Virus record (IMG/VR): IMGVR_UViG_3300042893_000684
Coordinates: 32,001-96,000 of that record
Length of the DNA: 64,000 nucleotides
Reading direction: 5' to 3' (one strand)
From: a virus
Below are positions 10,827-19,700 of the stretch, one piece after another (the first letter of the stretch is position 1; each line of letters begins with the position of its first letter). Position numbers and translations under genes: made by a program. The notes under the pieces are model-generated. The model was not told where the DNA came from. It searched no databases and saw nothing but the letters and a program-made list of their open reading frames with translations.

Positions 10827-11876
10827 ATGAGCAATGAAACATTAGAAAAGGCCGTAGCAGCTGGTACTCAGGTATCAACAGGATTCGGTTCAGCAACTGG
10901 TGGAACAGGAGTACACGTAGCGTCTGAAAATGGCAACGGTGGACTACTCAACCCAGAGCAGTCTGCTCGCTTCCTTGATTATATGTTCGACGCAACCGTT
11001 ATCGGTAAGGTCGCACGTACAGTTCGTATGAAGTCAGACACAGCCGAGATTGACCGTATGTCCGTTGGTGAGAAGCTTATGAAGCTTGCAACCGAGGCAG
11101 ACAACACTGGTGTAAATGCACCAGTAACTTTCTCAAAAATCTCTTTAACAACAAAGAAACTCCGCATGGACTGGGAGCTTTCAACAGAGTCTCTAGAAGA
11201 TAACATCGAAGGTGCAGATCTAGAAGATCACATTGCACGTTTGATGGCAACACAAGCAGGAAATGACATCGAAGATGTTATTCTTAACGGTGACACACTT
11301 CTAACAGCAGACGGTCTTTACAAGTCATTCGATGGCGTTGTAAAGAAGGCAAAGGCATCAGGCCGTGTCGTAGACGCAGCAGGAGCCGCAGTATCACGTG
11401 AAGTATTCAACAAGGCACTTAAGGCTATGCCACGTAAGTACAAGCAACGTCGTGGAGACCTTCGCTTCCTTGCTGGATCAAACTTGATTCAGGATTTCCT
11501 ATATGCTAACAGCATTGGAACAAACCAAACAATTCCACAAGATATCGCTTCAAGCGTTATCCGTGGTGGAGTTGCACCACTAGGTGGACCAGCAGGATAC
11601 GTGGCACCATTCGCATTCGGTATTCCGATTGTTGAAGTTCCACTTCTTAATGAAACACAGACTGGTACATACGCAACACCAACAGGTTCACACGGAGATA
11701 TCCACTTGACATTCCCAAATAACGTAGTTATTGGTATCAAGCGTGACGTAACCGTTTACCGCTTCTTCCAGCCACGTAAGGACACAATCGAGTACACAAT
11801 GTATACTCGTGTTGGAGTTCAAATCGAGCAGGCAGACGCTTGGGTAGTTGTAAAGAACGTTAAGGTTGCTTCTTAA
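10827..11876 (+). CDS. Major capsid protein (HK97 fold)
   Basis: Follows the protease; GGLLNPEQ, ELSTESLEDNIEG, FGIPIVEVP motifs; strong terminator downstream. Confidence 0.92.
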   Translation: MSNETLEKAVAAGTQVSTGFGSATGGTGVHVASENGNGGLLNPEQSARFLDYMFDATVIGKVARTVRMKSDTAEIDRMSVGEKLMKLATEADNTGVNAPVTFSKISLTTKKLRMDWELSTESLEDNIEGADLEDHIARLMATQAGNDIEDVILNGDTLLTADGLYKSFDGVVKKAKASGRVVDAAGAAVSREVFNKALKAMPRKYKQRRGDLRFLAGSNLIQDFLYANSIGTNQTIPQDIASSVIRGGVAPLGGPAGYVAPFAFGIPIVEVPLLNETQTGTYATPTGSHGDIHLTFPNNVVIGIKRDVTVYRFFQPRKDTIEYTMYTRVGVQIEQADAWVVVKNVKVAS

Positions 11877-11897
11877 TTAATTTAAGATAAAACCCTC

Positions 11898-11934
11898 GAA
11901 AGGCCCCTAATTAATTTTAGGGGCTTTTCATTTT
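11898..11934 (+). terminator. Intrinsic terminator after the capsid gene
   Basis: GAAAGGCCCCTAA-loop-TTAGGGGCTTTTC followed by ATTTT. Confidence 0.85.
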
Positions 11935-11978
11935 AATTTATCAATGCTATAATTGAAGAACCTAACAAAGGAGATAAT

Positions 11979-12386
11979 ATGTCATTTGAGACATTGAAGG
12001 TCGCAGAACTCAGAAAAATTGCAGAGGACTTTGCAGTTGATACTGATGGAATTAAGAGTAAGGCAGATATCGTTGCCGCCCTTGCAGAAGAGGGAGTTAC
12101 ATGGTCTGTCTATCAAAAAACTATTAAAGATATCGAAGACGCAACAGATGAATTTAACGAAGACGCAGAAGAGATTCTTCCTAGATTTAGCCTAGATGCT
12201 CAGCCAGAAGATACGGTTCTAGTTCGAATGACTAGAGAAAACTTCAGATACGATATCATTGGATTTACATTTACAAAAGAGCACCCTTTTATTGCAATGA
12301 CAGAAGAAAATGCTCAAGAAATTTTTGATAAGGAGGAGGGCTTTAGATTAGCAACTCCAAAGGAAGTTCAGGAGTATTACAACTAA
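11979..12386 (+). CDS. Hypothetical head-associated protein (Rho-N/HeH-like N-terminus)
   Basis: LKVAELRKIA...KADIVAAL pattern; TGCTATAAT promoter and AGGAG RBS upstream. Confidence 0.6.
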   Translation: MSFETLKVAELRKIAEDFAVDTDGIKSKADIVAALAEEGVTWSVYQKTIKDIEDATDEFNEDAEEILPRFSLDAQPEDTVLVRMTRENFRYDIIGFTFTKEHPFIAMTEENAQEIFDKEEGFRLATPKEVQEYYN

Positions 12387-12400
12387 TCTAAGCTTATAAA

Positions 12401-13387
12401 ATGGCAGAGATATATGTAAACAGCAATTCACCGATCAGAACAAAGATCTACTGGGAGGGTGAATTAGCATCCCCTACGGGTAACGTAACGGCAAAGGTTT
12501 ATGACATTACTCAAAACCCTGCTAACGTTATATCTTCTACCAATTTATTACTTACTCTAACAGGAACAGCCGTTGAAACAGATGTCGGCACATATCAAGT
12601 TGTGCTACCGTTTTCCTATTCTGCATATCCCAGAAAGCTAAAGCTCGTCTGGGAATACGCAGTAGCTGGATCAACAGTGGGAACTCATACAACTTATGTG
12701 AATGTTGTAACCCCATACGTTTCTATCAATGAGCAAATAGATGAATTAAACTTTGGGTCGGATCCAAGTGATCCTAACTACAAGACATACTCAGACCTCC
12801 AGATGGCTGAGAGATATGCAAGAAAATTAATTGAAGAATACACTCAGCAAGAATTCTACCTGTATCCAGACACAAAGATTATATACGGAGACGAATCAGA
12901 TACTCTACCCCTATCATCTAAAATAAATCGGATATACCAGATTTATTCTAACGATATACTTCTTGTAGATAACCTTGCTACACCAAAGGTAAACAACTGG
13001 CTATATGACCCAATTGTTTCAGAAACAGGTTTTGGAATAAGAGTTAATAGAGTAAACCTATTAGACAATTCAGTATATGTTGCAAATGGTTTAGTTCCTC
13101 CAACAATTAATGATACATATAATGGAGTCTTTTCTAAGAACGTTAAGTATAAGATCGTTGGCGAATTTGGATGGGATTTAGTTCCCGCTCAAGTGCAGAT
13201 GGCAACAGTTGAACTAATGAAAGACTATTTCTCAAAGGACAAAGTCTGGAGAAATAAGTACATTAAATCCATTAAGACATTTGACTGGAGTTTTGAATAT
13301 AACAGCTCAGCATCAAAAGGAACTGGCAATCTATATGCAGATCAATTGCTTGCTCCACATGTTATATCTCAAATGGTCCTTATCTAA
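12401..13387 (+). CDS. Head-to-tail adaptor
   Basis: Position in the module; C-terminal FGWDLVPAQVQMATVEL adaptor-like motif. Confidence 0.7.
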   Translation: MAEIYVNSNSPIRTKIYWEGELASPTGNVTAKVYDITQNPANVISSTNLLLTLTGTAVETDVGTYQVVLPFSYSAYPRKLKLVWEYAVAGSTVGTHTTYVNVVTPYVSINEQIDELNFGSDPSDPNYKTYSDLQMAERYARKLIEEYTQQEFYLYPDTKIIYGDESDTLPLSSKINRIYQIYSNDILLVDNLATPKVNNWLYDPIVSETGFGIRVNRVNLLDNSVYVANGLVPPTINDTYNGVFSKNVKYKIVGEFGWDLVPAQVQMATVELMKDYFSKDKVWRNKYIKSIKTFDWSFEYNSSASKGTGNLYADQLLAPHVISQMVLI

Positions 13388-13815
13388 TGTATGATCTTGT
13401 CGACTCCGTTCTTCCAATGCTTATTGATGTATATAGGCAATTTGAAACACAGGACCCAGCGACGGGATCTTTAAAGAAAGACTGGCAATTTAATAGAACA
13501 GTTGCATGCAGCGCAAAAGGAACTATTAGTAATTCTACAGCCAGCAGATCTGGAGACAAGCAGACCTTTTCAAACAAATATGTTAATGAGCAGATGATTC
13601 AAATAAGAACTACATCCAAATTAGTATTTAACGAAAAGGTTACAAACATTAGAAATTTAGACGGAACTGTTATTTGGGAAGAGATTAACTTTCCAAGCAA
13701 CACGCCAACAGTATTTGAAGTAATGGGAGTTACTCCAATTACAGAGCCGATGGGCGGAATTATTGGTTACAATACAACCGTTAAAAGATCGGAGAATCAG
13801 GTAATTGGACAGTAG
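13387..13815 (+). CDS. Head-to-tail stopper/closure protein
   Basis: Synteny, size and beta-rich composition. Confidence 0.6.
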   Translation: MYDLVDSVLPMLIDVYRQFETQDPATGSLKKDWQFNRTVACSAKGTISNSTASRSGDKQTFSNKYVNEQMIQIRTTSKLVFNEKVTNIRNLDGTVIWEEINFPSNTPTVFEVMGVTPITEPMGGIIGYNTTVKRSENQVIGQ

Positions 13816-14593
13816 CGTAGCATTATTACAAACAGCCAGCGGTCTTGAAAGATTGATGGCAGGATCAGTTCCAGGAGTAATAAAAGATAGCACCGTGGCT
13901 CAAGTATCTGCATTTTTGTATTATGAAGCAGCTGTTATTGCCAAGCTAACAACAAATGCTGAATTTAAAAATTTATTTAAAACAACCATATTTAATCAAA
14001 TAGAAAAAGATTTTGGTCAGTACGTTGATGCCCAAGCAAGAGTAAAGCCTAAAAGCCTTCACCATGTATACGAGTGGAATAAAACTGGCAACCCAACAGC
14101 AAGGCTTTTCAACCTATATCTAATAGATTCTGAAGGCCTTTCATTTAGAGTAGGCCGTGATTTTAAACTATCTAAATCAACAGTACCGTCTAAAAATAAA
14201 AAACAAAAGAATAGATATGTATTTGCTAATAAAGCTTCCGTAATGGAAGAAGGAATGCCCATAGTAATTCGACCAAGATCCGCAGAACGCCTAGTATTTG
14301 AATTAGATGGTGCAACAGTCTTTATGCCCAAAGGCACCTCAGTTACAGTCAAGAGGCCAGGAGGCAAGGCTGCAACAAATCAATTTGCACTCACATACGG
14401 AAGATTCTTTGGAGGTCAACCAGTAAACTCCTCAATAAAGTCTTCAGGGTTTCAAAGAATATTTAATGCTAAGATTGCAAGAGCATTGAGTGTACCAACT
14501 AATATTAAAAAGGTGCAGTATAGCTTCAGTGCTGGTAAAATAAGAGTGCAGGCAGATGCAGCATTAAGCTCATCATTTGGAGGGTCACTATGA
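13805..14593 (+). CDS. Neck/tail-completion protein (putative)
   Basis: Basic 262-aa ORF between stopper and terminator. Confidence 0.5.
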   Translation: MDSSVALLQTASGLERLMAGSVPGVIKDSTVAQVSAFLYYEAAVIAKLTTNAEFKNLFKTTIFNQIEKDFGQYVDAQARVKPKSLHHVYEWNKTGNPTARLFNLYLIDSEGLSFRVGRDFKLSKSTVPSKNKKQKNRYVFANKASVMEEGMPIVIRPRSAERLVFELDGATVFMPKGTSVTVKRPGGKAATNQFALTYGRFFGGQPVNSSIKSSGFQRIFNAKIARALSVPTNIKKVQYSFSAGKIRVQADAALSSSFGGSL

Positions 14594-15099
14594 CAGTAGA
14601 TTATAAAATAGACGCAATGTTTGAGCTTCGCAAGTTCTTGTGGACCCAATTAAAACTTACTGGACTATTTGATCCAGACGACTACTACTCAGATAATCTA
14701 GGATCTGAGATAGTACCTATTATTCCAGTTCAGCAATTACCAGAAATGGATCAATTCCTAAACGGTAAAAAGCATATCGTATATGACAAGATCGGAATGT
14801 CCTATGAAGAGAACTGGCTGATATGCTGCGAAAAGGTTTTGTTTACCATATACTCAACAGATATAACAGAGATATATGAGATAAGAAACCTAATGACTGA
14901 CCTGTTTAGAAGAATGGACGAATCTGCAAAAGATGTCAATTCTTTAAAGACCACCAACAAATTAATTTTCCACAGCATTCATATTACAGAAACTTCTCCA
15001 ATTGACCCATCCCTTGAACTTCAGGGCTTTTTGTCATCAGACGTAATACTAGAGGTCAAGTACTCCAGAGTCACCGACGGACTAGGTAGATTTGCCTAG
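14590..15099 (+). CDS. Tail terminator protein (putative)
   Basis: Directly upstream of the major tail gene; typical size. Confidence 0.55.
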   Translation: MTVDYKIDAMFELRKFLWTQLKLTGLFDPDDYYSDNLGSEIVPIIPVQQLPEMDQFLNGKKHIVYDKIGMSYEENWLICCEKVLFTIYSTDITEIYEIRNLMTDLFRRMDESAKDVNSLKTTNKLIFHSIHITETSPIDPSLELQGFLSSDVILEVKYSRVTDGLGRFA

Positions 15100-15128
15100 T
15101 TGCTTTTAAAGGGTTAATCCAGTAAAAT
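15100..15128 (+). promoter_or_regulatory. Promoter TTGCTT-17-TAAAAT for the major tail gene
   Basis: Same hexamers and spacing as 9425-9453. Confidence 0.55.
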
Positions 15129-15212
15129 TGGACATAAGAGGAAATGAGCCTAGCCAGCTTGATTTAAAGTAAGTCAATATATATATATTTATTTAACAGG
15201 AGGTTTTACAAC

Positions 15213-15950
15213 ATGGCACAAAATATTGGTAATGCTAGAAATATTCTTGTCGGTGCGTCTCCACTGTTTCTTTCAGTAACAGACATCACCAGCCCAGATT
15301 ATGTAGTTTCTGCACCAGCAGGAACACTAAACGCATTTGCAGCAAACAAGAATAAGACAGTCCCAGCATTTAAAACAGGAGAGTCTTACACAGATTCTTT
15401 GAACAAGGTTGATGTTACAACAGCAGCAACTGGTGCGGTATCACCAGCCCTTGACACAAAGGGTGCATTTTACCGTAACGTAGGTTACACAAATAACGGT
15501 CTTCAGGTTACATACAACCCATCATACGGTTCAGTAACAGTAGATCAGCTTCTTGATACAGCAAAGCTTTTCAAGGAGTCAATGGAAGTTATGATCGCAA
15601 CAGAAATGGCAGAAGGTACTCTTGAGAACGTTCTTGCCGTATTTGGTCAGAAGTCAGATACACTTACAGATTCTGGTAAGAAGCTAGGTATCGCAGGTGG
15701 AGCTCTTGGTGAAGCACCAACAGAGCGTCAGCTAATTGCAGTTGGTCAAGCACCAACTTCAACAACAGATACTGCAACTGAGCGTGTATATTATGCACGT
15801 CGTGTTCTTTCTGTACAACAGTCACAGTTCTCTTTGGCTCGTAACGCAGCATCAACATTCCCAGTAACATTCCGTTTGCTACCATCAGGTGATTCATCAC
15901 ACGTAGGTCAGGAATATGGTTTCATCGTAGACCGTGTTCTATCAGTGTAA
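15213..15950 (+). CDS. Major tail protein
   Basis: AGGAGG RBS; NVGYTNNGL.V.Y.P...V.VDQ motif; terminator follows; tail chaperone and TMP downstream. Confidence 0.85.
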   Translation: MAQNIGNARNILVGASPLFLSVTDITSPDYVVSAPAGTLNAFAANKNKTVPAFKTGESYTDSLNKVDVTTAATGAVSPALDTKGAFYRNVGYTNNGLQVTYNPSYGSVTVDQLLDTAKLFKESMEVMIATEMAEGTLENVLAVFGQKSDTLTDSGKKLGIAGGALGEAPTERQLIAVGQAPTSTTDTATERVYYARRVLSVQQSQFSLARNAASTFPVTFRLLPSGDSSHVGQEYGFIVDRVLSV

Positions 15951-15967
15951 TTAATTTAATTAATTAA

Positions 15968-16000
15968 TAGAGCCCCCCAAGAAATTGGGGGGTTTTCTAT
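15968..16000 (+). terminator. Intrinsic terminator after the major tail gene
   Basis: AGCCCCCCAA-GAAA-TTGGGGGGTT followed by TTCTAT. Confidence 0.85.
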
Positions 16001-16054
16001 TGCTCTTGTATTTTGAATATGATACAATAATTAAGACGATCCTAGGAGGATTAA

Positions 16055-16387
16055 ATGGCAACAACAGTATACGATGTTGAAGAAATTCAACTACAAAATG
16101 GCGCAACAGTTAAGCTCAAGCCTTTAACAATTAAAGAGCTACGTGAGTTTATGAAGGTCATTCAAAGAACACAAGAAGTAACATCAGAAGATGAAACACT
16201 AACAATCCTTATTGAGGCCTGTGGAGTAGCACTAAAAAAGCAGCTTCCAGATCTTGTAGCAGACAAAGACGCATTTGAAGACACACTTGACGTTCCAACC
16301 ATCAATCGCATTCTAGAAGTATGCGGAGGGATTAAGATGGACGACCCAAACCTACTAGCGGCAGCGGTTCTGGCTGGTCAGAACTAG
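16055..16387 (+). CDS. Tail assembly chaperone (gpG-like)
   Basis: Between major tail and TMP; AGGAGG RBS; slippery heptamer near the 3' end. Confidence 0.85.
   Translation: MATTVYDVEEIQLQNGATVKLKPLTIKELREFMKVIQRTQEVTSEDETLTILIEACGVALKKQLPDLVADKDAFEDTLDVPTINRILEVCGGIKMDDPNLLAAAVLAGQN
16345..16351 (+). other. -1 programmed frameshift site C CCA AAC
   Basis: X XXY YYZ heptamer in the chaperone frame; the -1 frame is open from 16336 to 16716. Confidence 0.8.
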
Positions 16388-16716
16388 ATCTAGCCGCTTT
16401 AGAGGGGGAAGTATTTCTTCTAGGTAATTGGAAAAATTACGAAGAACTAGAAGATAATCTTTCAATGCCAGAGATGGTCCAGACTTTTAAGTCAATGCAA
16501 AAAACGGAATCAGAAAAAAGGAAATTCCTAGCTTCGATTCAAGGTGTTGATTTAGATGAAAGCAGTAATAATGAGGAGGGATCATCCTTCGAAGATGTCA
16601 GAAGAAGAGCACTTGGTATAACCACATCAGCAGATGATGTTGTTTCATTACAAGGTGGTCTTGCAGCAGAAGCTGGCTTTGGCATTAACGCAGGATTAGG
16701 ATACCGAATAGAGTAA
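16351..16716 (+). CDS. Tail assembly chaperone frameshift extension (gpGT-like)
   Basis: The -1 frame reads PTSGSGSGWSELDLAALEGEVFLLGNW... into the listed 16465-16716 ORF. Confidence 0.78.
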   Translation, partial: PTSGSGSGWSELDLAALEGEVFLLGNWKNYEELEDNLSMPEMVQTFKSMQKTESEKRKFLASIQGVDLDESSNNEEGSSFEDVRRRALGITTSADDVVSLQGGLAAEAGFGINAGLGYRIE

Positions 16717-16725
16717 CATATACAT

Positions 16726-19700
16726 ATGGCAGATAATTTAATCACCACCAATATTACCGCCAACGCAGACTTCACGAGTTTAAGAACTCAGCTTGCTGCG
16801 GTTACTGCCCAACTCGTAAAATTACAAGAAACAACGGCGGGAACTAACGCCAAACTAGCAAATCAAATTGCTGTAATGAATAAGTCCTTCGCAGAAACTA
16901 TGCGATCAACGGGACAGTTTTCATCACACTTTGTATCGCTTACATCAGACGTAGAAAAATTTGGTAGGAACCTAGATAGAGGAAGACTTAAACTAGGGGA
17001 ATACTACAACGCCTGGAGTGGGCATACAAAGAAAACAAGCAGCCTGATTAGAGACCTGGCCAAGCAGCAGGTAATGCTAGAGAATGCAATCATTCAGCCT
17101 ATCGGCAAAAACGCACAAGGCCTAATGCAATACAATGTTATGGTTGCAAAGGGCCTTGATGAAATAAAGAACAAGACGGCAATTGCAAGACAAGAGCTAT
17201 CTATCATGAATAAGGTAATGCTCGATGGATCTAATCAGCTTATCAATTGGGGTAAGAACACCCAGTGGGCTGGCCGTCAGTTAACAGTAGGACTAACAGT
17301 TCCTCTTGCAGCATTTGGAATGGCTGCACAAAAAGCATTTAGAGAAGCAGATCAAGAGCTTGTAAGACTTACAAAGGTTTACGGCGGACTAAGTGCAACA
17401 TCATCTTCAGAGCTAGCAAAAGTAAGAAAAGATGTTTCCGAAACAGCAAGAGAAATTGCTGGAGCATACGGAATTGCATACAAAGAAACTATTGCATTAG
17501 CAGCTGACCTTGCTGCAACAGGACAAGAAGGCGGAAACCTTCTAGAAGCTACAAGACAGACAAGCAGACTTTCAATCCTTGGTGAAGTAGACAGACAAGA
17601 AGCAATGAAGGCAACTCTTGCTATTCAAAATGCATTTAAATCAAGTACAGATGAATTAACTCAATCTATTGACTTTCTTAACGCTGTTGAAAACCAGACA
17701 TCCACTTCTCTACAAGATTTAGTTGAAGCAATCCCTAAAGCAGGCCCTGTTGTAAAGTCTTTAGGTGGAGATGTAAAAGATTTAGCATTGTATTTAACTG
17801 CAATGAAAGAAGGCGGAGTAAACGCATCAGAAGGTGCTAACGCAATTAAGTCAGCAATGGCATCTCTTATCAACCCAACAAAGGTTGCAAAGGAAATGTT
17901 TTTTGGCTTTGGTATAGATATAGATAAGATTGTAACATCTAATGCGGGAAATTTAACTGAAACAATTACAGACCTTCAAGCAGCTTTAGACAGACTAGAT
18001 CCACTAAGCAAGTCAAGAGCAATTGAACAGTTGTTTGGTAAGTTCCAGTATGCAAGAATGTCAGCCCTATTTGAAAACCTAGGTAAAGAAGGATCTCAAA
18101 CTCTTCAGGTAATGGATTTAATGAAAGCAAGCGCTACAGATCTTGCAAATATCTCTGCTCGAGAATTAACTATGATGACAGAGTCCGCTTCAGGACAATT
18201 TAAAAGAGCATGGGCTTCAGTCCAAGCAGACCTTGCTTCAGTAGGAGAACAATTTTTAAGAATTAGCACAAAGGTTTTAAATGTAGTAGATGGGATCATT
18301 AAGTTTTTCCAAGGACTTCCAGGTCCAGTTAAAACATTCCTTAACGCTCTTGGTGGACTAACAGCATTTGCTGGACCACTAATTATGTTAACTGGTGTTA
18401 TGGCCAACTTTATTGGTTATGTTACAAAGGGAATATTCTCTTTAAGACAAATGGCTACAGGAGGACATGGGTTTAAGCTCCTTACTCCAGAAATATTAGC
18501 GGCAGATGCAGCAGCAAAAGGTCTTGCTACATCATTCTATTCAGATACAGAAGCAACAGTTGTATTAACAAATGCAGTAAATACTCTTGCAGCATCATTT
18601 GATAATCTTCAGGTAGCAGCATCTACAGCGCAAGTTGCAGTGCAACCAAGCATCTCAACAGTTGCAGGCGGAGTAATTGCAGCGGGAACTCCAGGCGGAA
18701 CGCCAAGATATGTTGATAAAAATAATCCATTAATTGGAGATTCATACTCAAGAGATATGTCTCACATGATTCCTGCTCAAACACAACAGGCGGGGACAAT
18801 ATTTGGAACAGTTCCAGGAGCAGGACCAGTAAACGTTAGAATTGGTAAAAACCCTCAAGCATATATGAACGCAGATCTTCCAAAGATTCCAGGTGTTACA
18901 TCTGTAAACGGAACATCGACTGGTATAGTTGCTCAAGAGGCAGCAAAGTGGCATGCAATGACAGCGGCAATTGCAATGCAATCAGAAGCAGAACTTAAAG
19001 TATTAAAGGCAGAGGTAAATGCTACAGGAACAATTACATCAAGTCTATCTAATTCTTATCAAGCCTTGCTTCCAGAATTTTCAGAAATTACAAGCATGGC
19101 TGCACAAGAAACTGCTTTAATCGTTAAGCAGCTACAGCAAAGCAAAATAACAGCAGACGAAGCAAGAATAAAAGTAATTCAATTAAATGCAACAGTTGAA
19201 GCAATGCTTGCTGAGACAGCTCAAAAGATTGCAGCTGGACAAGGAAGATCTGTAAACTTAACAACAGTTCCATTAACATCTCAACCTGTAGTAGACCCAG
19301 TAACTGGTAAATCAAATATGAAAGAAATGTTTCATAAGGGTTCTACAAAAACATTAGTAGATAAAATTGCTAGAGCGCTAGGCGGAGTTAGAACTTCAGG
19401 TGCAGGATATAACATTGAAACAACAAAGCCTAAGTTTAATAAAGGCGGAATAGTTCCAGGAACTGGTAACACAGACACCTATCATACAATGGCCGAGCCC
19501 GAATCATTTGTAATTAATAAAGCTGCAACACAAAGAAACATGCCTACAATTAGCAAACTTATTGGTGGCACTCCAACATTTAGAAACACTGGAGGAATGG
19601 TTCCAGTAGTTTTAACTCCTGGAGAAGCAGTAATTCCAGCAAAAATTGCTAAGCGTAATCCAGAACTAATGTTGCAATTAAATGGTGGCCCAGGTAATAC

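Noticed and set aside
15177-15190. ATATATAT run and TAATTAATT tracts near the major tail and capsid genes as an origin or special site
   Set aside because: Short AT tracts are expected in intergenic DNA of an AT-rich genome; no iterons or other support.
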